Source of the DNA: Dehalococcoidia bacterium
GTDB lineage: Bacteria; Chloroflexota; Dehalococcoidia; Lucifugimonadales; UBA3495
Assembly: GCA_034423575.1 (NCBI GenBank)
Contig: DAOUIF010000084.1
Coordinates: 2,040 to 66,039, forward strand
Reading direction: 5' to 3'
DNA length: 64,000 bases
How positions within the stretch are numbered: position 1 is the stretch's first letter; each line of letters starts with the position of its first letter. The notes below the pieces were generated by a model, which saw only the letters and a program-made list of their open reading frames with translations, was not told the DNA's origin and ran no database searches. Shown in pieces: positions 26,710-37,065 of this stretch. The position numbers and the translations under genes were made by a program.

Positions 26710-29354
26710 TAGTAGCCGGTTATGAGGTCGTCATCCGTCAACAAGAGCGCCGACGCAACCCCGTTCAGGGCGGCCAGCGCCGCGTCGCGCGACGCCTCGG
26801 TGATATCGTCCGCGTCGGCGGTGACGTAGGCCATGATGGTCTCGTCAGCCGACGGATCGGCCGCCGCGACCTCAGGCTGGATCGACTCGTAGAATGCCAG
26901 GGCTTCCACCTGGTGGGTGCCCGGGTCCTTGCCTTCCGCGACGTCCGCCTGTGACACGCCAATGTACCTGACGGTAGCCAGGTAGAAAATGGCGTTAAAG
27001 CGCGAGAACACTTCCTGGGCCGCAGCATTGCACGCGGCGGCGTCGCCGTTTTCGGCGGCCTGACGCACGCGTTCGAAGGCTTCCCTCAGCGGGATGTCGA
27101 TGGTGCCCTCGCGGCCGAAGTTGCCTTCACGGCTGCGGGCCAGCCTGGACAACGAGTAGGGGTAACTCCCATCGTCGCCCGGGAGGCCGACATAGATCCC
27201 CCAGCCCTCGTCGACATCACCCGAGTCCAGGTCGGCACAGCCGCCGATCACATAGTGCTTGGACCAGTGATAGAGGATCCGAAGAATGCCCTTGTTGATG
27301 GCTTGGCGCTTCTGGGCATCGGTCCAATCGGCAGCGGCGCCGCGTCCGCGTACCGTGTTGTTGATGGACGAGTCCAGGAAGGTACCGGACCCATAGTACT
27401 CGGTTGCCAGGGGGAATTCCTCGCCGCGTTCGGGATCACGAGCAAAGCCGCGGAGGGTCTTGCTGCGGACGCCGATGCGGGTGTGATGCCCAACCTCGTA
27501 CAGCAGGAAGATTTCTGCTGCGGGCAAAGGCTTCCCGTCATTGATGACGTTGGTCAGCGCCGCGATCTCCTGGTAATCCGAGGGGATCTTCTGATAATGC
27601 TCTCGGTTGGTTGTGGCGTGGTAGTACCCGTCGGACGGGCTCGGGACGCTCCGGTCCGTCTCGTGAGGGAGATTCACCGGGATGAACACGCTGGAGGAGA
27701 GGTCCAGATCGCCGGTGTAAGGTGACGCCGCGCCGCCGGGCCCGTCGCCAGTGTCGGAGGTGTACTCAGTGATGAGGTCGCTGTCGTCCAGCATGAGCGC
27801 CGAGGCAGTGCCGTTGAGCGCAGCGAGCACGTCGTCACGCGCGGTAATTGAAATCTCGCTGCCCTCGGCGGTCAGGTAATCCATGATCGTCTCGTCGGCA
27901 GCCGGGTCCGCCTTGGCGACATCGGGCTGAATCGACTGGTAGAACGCCAGGGCTTCGACCTGGTGGGTTCCCAGGGCGTCTCGGTCACCGGCCTGTGCAT
28001 CATCCAGCACGCGCCCGACGTACCTGACGGTGGCGAGGTAGAACATGGCGTTGAAACGCGAGTAAACCTCGTTGGTCGCGATTTCCAGAACGTCGGCATC
28101 GCCGTCGTCAGCGGCCTGCCGGGCCCGGTCCATGGCCTCGCGCAACGGGATGTCAATGGTGCCTGTCCGCCCGAAGTTGCCCTCGCGCGCCTGGGCCAAG
28201 GCGGCCAAAGAGTTCGGATACCGCCCGTCAACTTCCTCGCCAACGTAGACAGCCCAGGCTTCGTCAATCAGGCGGGAGCTCATGCGATCCTGGCCGATGA
28301 TCATGTAGAACTTGGCCCAGTGGTACAGAATACGGAGCATGCCCTTGTTGACCGCCTGGCGCTTCTGAGCGTCGGAGTAGTCGGCTGCTTCGCCACGCCC
28401 ACGGACTACATTCTCGATCGGATCGTCAAGGAAAGTATCGGAACCATAGAACTCGGCCGACTCAGGGTAATACCTGGATGGTGTGGAACCGGCCGCGAAG
28501 CTCCGGAGAGTGCGGCTCTGCGGGCCGAGACGTGTGTGCGAACCGGCTTCGTACAGGAGCCAGATCTCAGCCGCAGGGAAGGGCTTGCCCTCCTTGATCA
28601 CGTTGGTCAGCTTGGCTATTTCCTGGTAATCCGTGGATATCTTTGCGTAGATCTCCCGGTTGGTTGTGGCGGTGTAATACCCGTCGGAAGCGGTGGGACC
28701 CTCGGTCTCATAGCTCAGGTTGACAGGTATCCTCAGCCCGCCGGCTTCGACCTGGGCCGTCATCGCGCCGGTGGCAGTGCCCGACGCCGAACCGGTGTGC
28801 GTTCCAGTGCCGGATGCCGAGGCGGTGCCCGTTCCCGTGTGAGTGTGGGTGCCAGTGCCCGTATGAGTGCCAGTGCCGGTGCCGGTTCCGGTCCCTGTCC
28901 CGGTAGCCGTGCCAGTCCCGGTGCCAGTGCCAGTCCCGGTACCCGTGCCCGTTCCAGTACCCGTTCCCCCGGAATCGCCGCCGATCACCTGTATGGTGGG
29001 ACGGTCTTCACCCCGGCGAACTGCCTCATCAGCCGTCGCCTGAGCGTTGGCTGCGGCTTCCCCGGCCGCCGACGCGGCCGCCTGAGCCGTTTCTGCAGCC
29101 GCCTGGGCCTGGTTCGCCCTGGTCTCTGCTGCAGCCGCCCGGGCTTGCGCCTCGGCGGCCTGCCCACTGGCCTGCGCCAGCTGGGCCTGGGCCGCGGCGA
29201 TCGCCGCATCCAGGGCCGACGTGTCGGGCGCGGGTGCGGGCTGTGGCTCCGGCTGACACGCCAGCGCCAGCACAAGCACCATGGATACCGCCAATCCGGC
29301 GATCCAATGCGTGCGTCGAGGGCTTCTTCCCAACTTCGTCATGTGATGAAGCAC
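26709..29354 (-). CDS. Lipoprotein with two tandem FEA1-like (low-iron-inducible) domains
   Basis: Lipobox LALAC, Ala-rich coil and (GT)n linker, then two ~320-aa repeats sharing IPVNL..SDGYY.ATTNRE, LLYE.G.HTR, QKRQA.NKG.LRILYHW, DE.W..YVG, REGNFG and QVEALAFY. Confidence 0.7.
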   Translation of the reverse strand: MLHHMTKLGRSPRRTHWIAGLAVSMVLVLALACQPEPQPAPAPDTSALDAAIAAAQAQLAQASGQAAEAQARAAAAETRANQAQAAAETAQAAASAAGEAAANAQATADEAVRRGEDRPTIQVIGGDSGGTGTGTGTGTGTGTGTGTGTATGTGTGTGTGTGTHTGTGTHTHTGTGTASASGTGTHTGSASGTATGAMTAQVEAGGLRIPVNLSYETEGPTASDGYYTATTNREIYAKISTDYQEIAKLTNVIKEGKPFPAAEIWLLYEAGSHTRLGPQSRTLRSFAAGSTPSRYYPESAEFYGSDTFLDDPIENVVRGRGEAADYSDAQKRQAVNKGMLRILYHWAKFYMIIGQDRMSSRLIDEAWAVYVGEEVDGRYPNSLAALAQAREGNFGRTGTIDIPLREAMDRARQAADDGDADVLEIATNEVYSRFNAMFYLATVRYVGRVLDDAQAGDRDALGTHQVEALAFYQSIQPDVAKADPAADETIMDYLTAEGSEISITARDDVLAALNGTASALMLDDSDLITEYTSDTGDGPGGAASPYTGDLDLSSSVFIPVNLPHETDRSVPSPSDGYYHATTNREHYQKIPSDYQEIAALTNVINDGKPLPAAEIFLLYEVGHHTRIGVRSKTLRGFARDPERGEEFPLATEYYGSGTFLDSSINNTVRGRGAAADWTDAQKRQAINKGILRILYHWSKHYVIGGCADLDSGDVDEGWGIYVGLPGDDGSYPYSLSRLARSREGNFGREGTIDIPLREAFERVRQAAENGDAAACNAAAQEVFSRFNAIFYLATVRYIGVSQADVAEGKDPGTHQVEALAFYESIQPEVAAADPSADETIMAYVTADADDITEASRDAALAALNGVASALLLTDDDLITGY
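28768..28970 (-). repeat. Coding low-complexity Gly-Thr/Thr-His dipeptide repeat
   Basis: Encodes GGTGTGTGTGTGTGTGTGTATGTGTGTGTGTGTHTGTGTHTHTGTGTASASGTGTHTGSASGTAT with degenerate codons. Confidence 0.9.
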
Positions 29355-29387
29355 TTTGCCTATCCTCCTGGTCGATGATTTGCTCGA

Positions 29388-32300
29388 CTACTTGCTCAGC
29401 ATCTCCCGGAGCATCCCGGTGGGGACGCGCCAGAGGTACTTAGGACCGATGAACGAACTGCCCTGGGTGCGCCGCCGGTACGCAACAGGTACTTCCCGCA
29501 TCCGCATACCCTTTTTCAGCAGATCGAGGGTGAGCACCTGGGCGTAGTTGTAATCGTGGATGATTTCGGCGCACTCCAGCGCCCGGCGCGAGAAAGCCCG
29601 GAACCCGGTCTGCCCATCGGTGATACGGCGTCCAGTTGCCAAACTGAGCAGGCCGGTGAACGCGATATTGCCGATGCGTCGGAACACCCGTTGATCCGGG
29701 CGGTTGTCGAGGTAGCGCGATCCCAAAACGTAATCCGCTTCCCCGGACTCGATGGGCGCCAGCAGGTCGGGGATCTGCTCCGGCGGATACTCACCGTCGG
29801 CGTCCACGTACACGGCGGCCCGCGCGTCCAGTTCGTTGGCGGTGGCCAAGCCGGTGCGCAGCGCGGCGCCCAGGCCCCGGTTGCGCTGGTGCGAAACGAC
29901 CACATCAGCACCGTGTTGGTGCGCGATTTCCGCCGTGCCGTCAGTGGATCCGTCGTCCACCACGATCACCTTGAGGTCAGGCCGGTCGTTCCGAGGGATC
30001 CGGGCCAGTGTGGCCGGCAGGTTCTCCGACTCGTTGTAGGCGGGAACGATCACGGCGACGGGTCGGGTCATTTCATCGGCATCGGGTATCCCGAGGACTT
30101 GACCCACCGACTGTGCCGGCGGTTCGACGCCAAGGTAGTAGGCGATGGTGGCGGTCACGTCCATGACCGATTTGGGGTCTTCGACGGACCCCTGCAATTC
30201 AACGCCCTTTCCCCACATGATGCAGGGCACATACCGCTCCGTCGGGCCCATGTGGCCGTGCCCGCCGATGCCGATACCCTGCCCATGATCGGCGGTGATG
30301 ATGACCGTCGCGCCTTCCAGGTAGCCGATGGAATCGCACCACCCCAGGAAGTCCTCGATGTGGCGGTCGCTGTCCTCGATCTTGGCGAGGTACTCGGAGT
30401 TGTAGCTACCCCGGGCGTGCCCGGTCTGGTCAACGCTGAGGAGTTGCAGGACGATCAGGTCGGGGTCGTCCCGTTCAATCACCGCCTTGGCCCTCGCTTT
30501 CAGGGCATCATCGATCTCGTCGTTGTTGGTGACAGCAGTGACGGTTTCAATGTCGGTTTCGCCGAAGGCATCCACGAGGTGGGCGATCCCCACCAGCTTC
30601 CCAGTCAAGCCGCCGGCCCGCAGCGCGTCGAAGATGGTCTCGCACTTGACCCCCAGGCTGGGCACGAAATTGCTGGACATCCCGTGGACGCGCGGCGGCG
30701 CTCCGGTGAACATGGAGCTGAACCCCGTCACGGTGCGTGCCGGGTACACGGTAGACGTATCGACGTAATCGACGCCCTCCTGGCGGAGCTTGTCGATAAA
30801 CGGGGTGTCGGCTTCCTCGAGACGGTCGAACCGGCAGCCGTCGATGACTATGGTAATGAAGCGGCGCGATATTCTCCTGCCGGCCTCGGCCCGCAGACGA
30901 GTCGGCACCAGGGACGGCGCCGGAGGCCAGGTGAAGAACCACTGGTGCAGCAGCAAGGCGGTTATCGCGACACCGAGTGCGAAGCCTTCGACCGCCGCAA
31001 AGGTCCAGACTGTGGGACTTGCCACCAACATCTGGAATGCGAGCGCCAATATAACGAGCTTGGGTATCTGCTCCAGGAAGTTGCCGCTCGTCGGGTCGGG
31101 GTTTTCCAGCACCAGCCGCCAAAAGCGGGTGAAGTTGAACCACGACGTCCCGATGCGCAAGTGGTAATAGATGGTGCCCCACAGAACGATGGTGAAGGTG
31201 AGATACACCCCCAGGATCAGGCCGATTGCGATGAAATCAAAGAACCGGAACGCGGCCAGGAAAATTCCCAAGTACACCCACAGTGCAATCCGCAATTTCA
31301 AAGGGAAATCGAAGCGGTAGAAGATCACCAGCATCGGGGCCAGCGCCAGCAGCGCGAGTCCGGCCCGTAGCCAGTAGCCGCCGTCAGTGAGGTGGGGGAT
31401 GCTCAGCAGCCCGAGAATCCCCAAGGTGAACACCGGCGTGAATGGCTTGCCCTCGTTGAGAACGTTCCAGGCACGGGCGGCGAATATCTCGAACCGGGAG
31501 GCGTGTTTGTCGCCTTCTGCCGAACCTCGGAGAGCCCCCAATCCTTTTAGGGGAATGGCGTCGCGAACCGCCACCAGCGTGAACGCGGCTGCCACCGTGT
31601 ACGAGTACGCGAATTTGAGGCCGTGGGTGAGGACCGCCAGCGCCAACCCTTCCTGCCAGGGCACGCCCATGGCGAACAGCGCGCCGGTCATGCTGGCCTC
31701 ATATACGCCAATGCCGCCGGGCGTCACGTGAAACACCTGGAACAGGATGGTGAACGCCGTGACACCGATCAGGGCGGCCACGGACAGTTCCACTCCCAGC
31801 GCCTCCGCGGCCACCAACAGCACGCCAGCCTCGAGCGCCCAACTGGGGAGAGTCCACAGCGTCGCCCTGAGGATGCGTCCTGCGGAGATCTGGGCCAACT
31901 GCGTTCGCAAACCGTTTATGCTGCCCTGCAGGAATTGGGGCAAGACGCGGTCGAAGGTACGGTAGCGCAGCAATGCCAGGGCTGTCCCCGCGCCGGCCAC
32001 AACGACGACCGGGATCGCCAGGCTCCGCAACCAATCTGCCCGGCTGTCCAGCGAGGTCACCAACGCGCCACACACTCCGGCGATCAGGATCAGGCATCCG
32101 AAGTCCAGGAGACGCGCAACCGCAGTGGTGGCGGCCGCTTCGCTGAGGGGTATGCCGCGGCGGGCCGCCAGCAGTGGCCGGGCGGCCTCGCCCAACTTGA
32201 ACGGGAGCACGTGGTTGGCGAGGAGCGCCGCCTGGAGACAGGTGAACAGCCCGAACATTCCAGACCTAGTGGTCATCAGTTGGCGCCACGCCACCGCGCG

Positions 32301-32558
32301 TAGTGCGAACGCCGCCGTATAGGTGACCACGAGCACCGCGAGCAAATCCGCACGCCGGGCCAGCGTGGACACTGCGACGGCCAATTCGGACCAGTCGGCC
32401 AGCCACCACACCAACACTGCAACGGCGACGGTCAGCACTAATCCGATGAGTACGCGCGTGCCCTTACCTAACCCGAGGAATGCCTGTCCGTAGGAGCGCT
32501 CCGCTTCGGCACGGGTCACTCCAGCTTCGTGGAAGTCCGTTTCTGTCGACCGCCTCAT
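29388..32558 (-). CDS. Fusion: LPG-synthase-type transmembrane (flippase-like) domain + alkaline-phosphatase-superfamily phosphodiesterase + GT2 polyprenol-phosphate glycosyltransferase
   Basis: ANHVLPFKLGE, VARLLD and TPGGIGVYE (flippase-like domain). VIDGCRFD, PARTVTG, DQTGH and TADHG (AlkP). VIVPAYNE, DDGSTDGT, DADG and TDGQTGFRA (DPM1-like GT2). Start taken as ATG 32558. Confidence 0.85.
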   Translation of the reverse strand: MRRSTETDFHEAGVTRAEAERSYGQAFLGLGKGTRVLIGLVLTVAVAVLVWWLADWSELAVAVSTLARRADLLAVLVVTYTAAFALRAVAWRQLMTTRSGMFGLFTCLQAALLANHVLPFKLGEAARPLLAARRGIPLSEAAATTAVARLLDFGCLILIAGVCGALVTSLDSRADWLRSLAIPVVVVAGAGTALALLRYRTFDRVLPQFLQGSINGLRTQLAQISAGRILRATLWTLPSWALEAGVLLVAAEALGVELSVAALIGVTAFTILFQVFHVTPGGIGVYEASMTGALFAMGVPWQEGLALAVLTHGLKFAYSYTVAAAFTLVAVRDAIPLKGLGALRGSAEGDKHASRFEIFAARAWNVLNEGKPFTPVFTLGILGLLSIPHLTDGGYWLRAGLALLALAPMLVIFYRFDFPLKLRIALWVYLGIFLAAFRFFDFIAIGLILGVYLTFTIVLWGTIYYHLRIGTSWFNFTRFWRLVLENPDPTSGNFLEQIPKLVILALAFQMLVASPTVWTFAAVEGFALGVAITALLLHQWFFTWPPAPSLVPTRLRAEAGRRISRRFITIVIDGCRFDRLEEADTPFIDKLRQEGVDYVDTSTVYPARTVTGFSSMFTGAPPRVHGMSSNFVPSLGVKCETIFDALRAGGLTGKLVGIAHLVDAFGETDIETVTAVTNNDEIDDALKARAKAVIERDDPDLIVLQLLSVDQTGHARGSYNSEYLAKIEDSDRHIEDFLGWCDSIGYLEGATVIITADHGQGIGIGGHGHMGPTERYVPCIMWGKGVELQGSVEDPKSVMDVTATIAYYLGVEPPAQSVGQVLGIPDADEMTRPVAVIVPAYNESENLPATLARIPRNDRPDLKVIVVDDGSTDGTAEIAHQHGADVVVSHQRNRGLGAALRTGLATANELDARAAVYVDADGEYPPEQIPDLLAPIESGEADYVLGSRYLDNRPDQRVFRRIGNIAFTGLLSLATGRRITDGQTGFRAFSRRALECAEIIHDYNYAQVLTLDLLKKGMRMREVPVAYRRRTQGSSFIGPKYLWRVPTGMLREMLSK

Positions 32559-32765
32559 CGTTCTCTCTGTTTCCTGACGTGATCCAAGAACGGCAGCCAC
32601 TCTGTACGCATCTATCAAAGATGCGGCCTTGCCGGGAGGAGGGTGCCGACAAGGCCGGTAGCCCGGGAGGGGCGAATACCGGAGGGTCACCGCCGCTATA
32701 GCAACCCACCGATGTATTTCAGATCAGTTAGCCACTAGCCCACTCGTCGTGTACATGGCTCGCAT

Positions 32766-32794
32766 AAATTAGTGCATACGAAACCAAATGTCAA
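32766..32794 (-). promoter_or_regulatory. sigma70 promoter of the leftward iron/glycosylation operon with candidate operator
   Basis: Minus strand TTGACA (32789-32794)-N17-TAATTT (32766-32771); plus-strand TTAGTGCATACGAAA at 32769-32783. Confidence 0.55.
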
Positions 32795-33145
32795 TACCGA
32801 CAAATGGTTGGATTTGGCGCTACTCTAGAAGGCGCAATTTGCGGACATAGGGTCCGATGGTCAATCTGAGGTTTGCCTCGAGGAACATATCACGATCAAA
32901 GACACGAAAACCGCGAGTCGATGACGACGCTGAGAGGCGAGGCTATCGCGGCGCGGTGGCTGTAATCACTCGACTGACCGCCCGCCAAGTACCGCGACAG
33001 CAGATGATGAAATGCAATATCCGGAGAAAGCACGATCCGAAACAAGCCAAATCGCTCTGCTGGCTACCTAGTGCCCATTAACCCTGCGTTCCCGTACGGA
33101 ATCACGTGCCTCTTGCGTGGGAGGGCAAATCATACGGTGGGGTGC

Positions 33146-33174
33146 TTGACATACCAAATCAGGATATGCAAAAT
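33146..33174 (+). promoter_or_regulatory. sigma70 promoter of the imelysin operon
   Basis: TTGACA-N17-CAAAAT about 90 bp upstream of the ggagg RBS and ATG 33266. Confidence 0.5.
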
Positions 33175-33265
33175 GCCGGCCGTCGGTCCAATTACGCTGT
33201 TATTGCAGGGCCACAATTTCATTGGCAAAAGGTCAACAAAACGACCGCCTCGGAGGTACATCCAG

Positions 33266-34492
33266 ATGCAGCTGAATTTGCGACGTGCTTGGATAATGGT
33301 CCCGGGTCTGGCGCTATGCCTGGCGTTGGGAGCGGTGGCCTGCGCCAGCGAGCCACCTCCGGCTCCGACAGCTGAGCCAGCTGCCATGATGATGGAAGAG
33401 CCGAAGGTGGACGTCGACGCCCTCAAAGTGGAGGTGGTCGCCCACTATGCCAACGGCGTACATGGTCTCTATTCCCAGAGCCTGGCTTCGGCCAAGGTTA
33501 TGGATGGCGCCATCGACGCGTTCATCGCTGACCCCAATCCGGCCAGCCTCGAAGCAGCCAAGCGCGCCTGGCTGCACGCCCGCGACGATTACGGACCCAC
33601 CGAGGTGTTCCGGTTCTACGGGGGGCCCATTGACAACGAAGAGAATGGCCCTGAAGGTCTGATCAACGCCTGGCCCATGGACGAGTCGTACATCGATTAC
33701 GTGGAAGGCAACCCGACGGCTGGCATCATAAATATGCCGGACGAGTATCCGACCATCGACGCGGAGCTCATCATCTCCCTCAATGAGGAAGGCGGCGAGG
33801 AAAACGTCTCCACGGGCTGGCATGCCATCGAATTTCTGCTCTGGGGGCAGGACCTGAATGAAGGTGGTCCTGGCGCGCGTCCCGTAGAGGACTTCACGAC
33901 CAACGACAACGCCGACCGGCGGGCCCAGTACCTTGCGGTCGCGTCCGACACGCTGATCGGTCACCTGCAGGACCTAGTGGACGCCTGGGCGCCGGGCGGC
34001 AACAACTACCGGGCCGAGTTTCTGGCCAAGCCGGCCGATGACGCCCTGGTCGACATCATCACCGGCGCCGGCGCTCTCAGCAAGGGCGAACTGGCCGGGG
34101 AGCGCATGTTTGTGGCCTACTCGGAGAGGTCCCAGGAAGACGAGCATTCCTGCTTCTCCGACAACACCGTCGCCGACATCGTCGGCAACGCGATCGGCGT
34201 GCGCATGGTGCTGACGGGCGACTACGGCGTGGTTGTCGGGCCCGGCATCATCGACCTGTTCGCCGCCGACAACGAGGCTCTGGCTGATCGTCTGGTCAAC
34301 GAGACCGCGATGGCGGTGACCATGGCCCGCAACATCCCCGATCCTTTCGACCAGCATCTGACCGACACCGCGTCGGACAGCGCGTTCGGCCGGTCCCAGG
34401 TGCTGAGCACAATCGAGGCCCTGGAAAAGCAGGCGGACACCATAGTTGAAGGGGCGGCGGCTTTCGGCTTCACCATCAACACCTCGGTGTAG
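33266..34492 (+). CDS. Imelysin-family iron-regulated lipoprotein (IrpA-like)
   Basis: Lipobox GAVAC, INAWPMDESYIDYV, TGWHAIEFLLWGQD, GELAGER and QEDEHSCFSDNT. Confidence 0.9.
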   Translation: MQLNLRRAWIMVPGLALCLALGAVACASEPPPAPTAEPAAMMMEEPKVDVDALKVEVVAHYANGVHGLYSQSLASAKVMDGAIDAFIADPNPASLEAAKRAWLHARDDYGPTEVFRFYGGPIDNEENGPEGLINAWPMDESYIDYVEGNPTAGIINMPDEYPTIDAELIISLNEEGGEENVSTGWHAIEFLLWGQDLNEGGPGARPVEDFTTNDNADRRAQYLAVASDTLIGHLQDLVDAWAPGGNNYRAEFLAKPADDALVDIITGAGALSKGELAGERMFVAYSERSQEDEHSCFSDNTVADIVGNAIGVRMVLTGDYGVVVGPGIIDLFAADNEALADRLVNETAMAVTMARNIPDPFDQHLTDTASDSAFGRSQVLSTIEALEKQADTIVEGAAAFGFTINTSV

Positions 34493-34507
34493 CTGTCCTT
34501 TATACGC

Positions 34508-35961
<1,454 letters not shown>

Positions 35962-35965
<4 letters not shown>

Positions 35966-37065
35966 CCCACCCACGGATCTTTGTTCTGCTGCCGTTGCTA
36001 GCGCTGGCGCTGCTGTTGCCGGTCGCGTGCTCCAGCGCACCGCCACCTTCCAAGCAAGACGTGATTGTCAGTTTGACCGGCGATCTGATCGTGCCGCGGT
36101 TCCAAACGGTAGCTGCGGAGACCGGCCAGCTTCGGAACGCCCTCCATTCCCTGTGCGCCAATCCCTCCGGAGAAACGCTGGATGCCGCGCGGACCGCCTG
36201 GCGCGAAGCGAGGGCCCCCTGGTTGCGGTCACAGTCGATGTGGTTCGGCCCGGTGATGGACAGACGCTCCCGAATCCTGGTGGACTGGTCGCCTGTCGAC
36301 CCTGAGCGCATCGAAGGCACACTGGCCAAACGCGAGTCCGTTTCGGCTAGCGATATACGGGAGTTTTTCGGCTCGACACAGCGTGGGCTGGGAGCCATCG
36401 AATACGTGATCTTTGCCCCGGACTCGGAAGCCCTGGCGTCTCTGGGTGATCCTGCCGGGATACGTTGCCAATACCTGACCGCATTGGGCGACGTGGTGGC
36501 GGATGAGATATCGGGCGTGTTGGCGGACTGGACGGGCGACGGGTCGGCTGAAGGTGGCTATGCCGGCTATTTCAAGGGCACGGCCGGAGTCGCGCTCGTT
36601 GATCAGCAGGCGGTCGACGAAGTGGTCCGGACCTCGGTGTTCATCACCCGCAGCATCAACGACATGAGGCTGGGCAAGGCGCTGGGCGCGGATGGTGTTG
36701 AACCCGATCCGTCGGCCATCCCCGGCGGCAATGGCCACAACGCCGTCACCGACCTGCGCAACCAGGTATTGGGGATGCAGGACACGTACCTGGGCGCCGG
36801 CGTCGAGGAATCTTTGGGCATTAGCGCACTGGTGCAGGGTGTCTCAAAGGAGGCCGACGAGCGGATGCGTGGGCATTTCACCGCAGCGCTGGAGTCGATC
36901 GACGGGTTGCAGGAGCCCTTGCAAGCGACGGTCGCATCCGACCCGGTACCGGCTCGCCTCGCGCACCAGCGGATCCAGGAACTCCAGCGCACGCTCAACA
37001 CCGAGGTGGTCAGCCTCCTGGGCGTTACCGTCGGGTTCGCCGACACCGACGGCGACGGCGGTTAG
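35962..37065 (+). CDS. Imelysin-family lipoprotein (second, His-less type)
   Basis: Lipobox PVAC, WFGPV and QRGLGAIEYVIF; coupled to the di-heme gene. Confidence 0.8.

Noticed and set aside
28768-28970. Ice-nucleation protein or phase-variable microsatellite
   Set aside because: No AGYGST-type octapeptides, and codons vary, so it is not a slippage-prone DNA repeat.
29556-31370. 604-aa plus-strand ORF (also 27963-29378, 25600-26550, 42783-44522, 50496-51497, 53759-54862, 24057-25220, 36844-38289)
   Set aside because: Shadow ORFs opposite or overlapping well-supported genes, as expected in high-GC DNA; no recognisable motifs. Only the last 183 aa of 53759-55414 is a real CMD-family gene.
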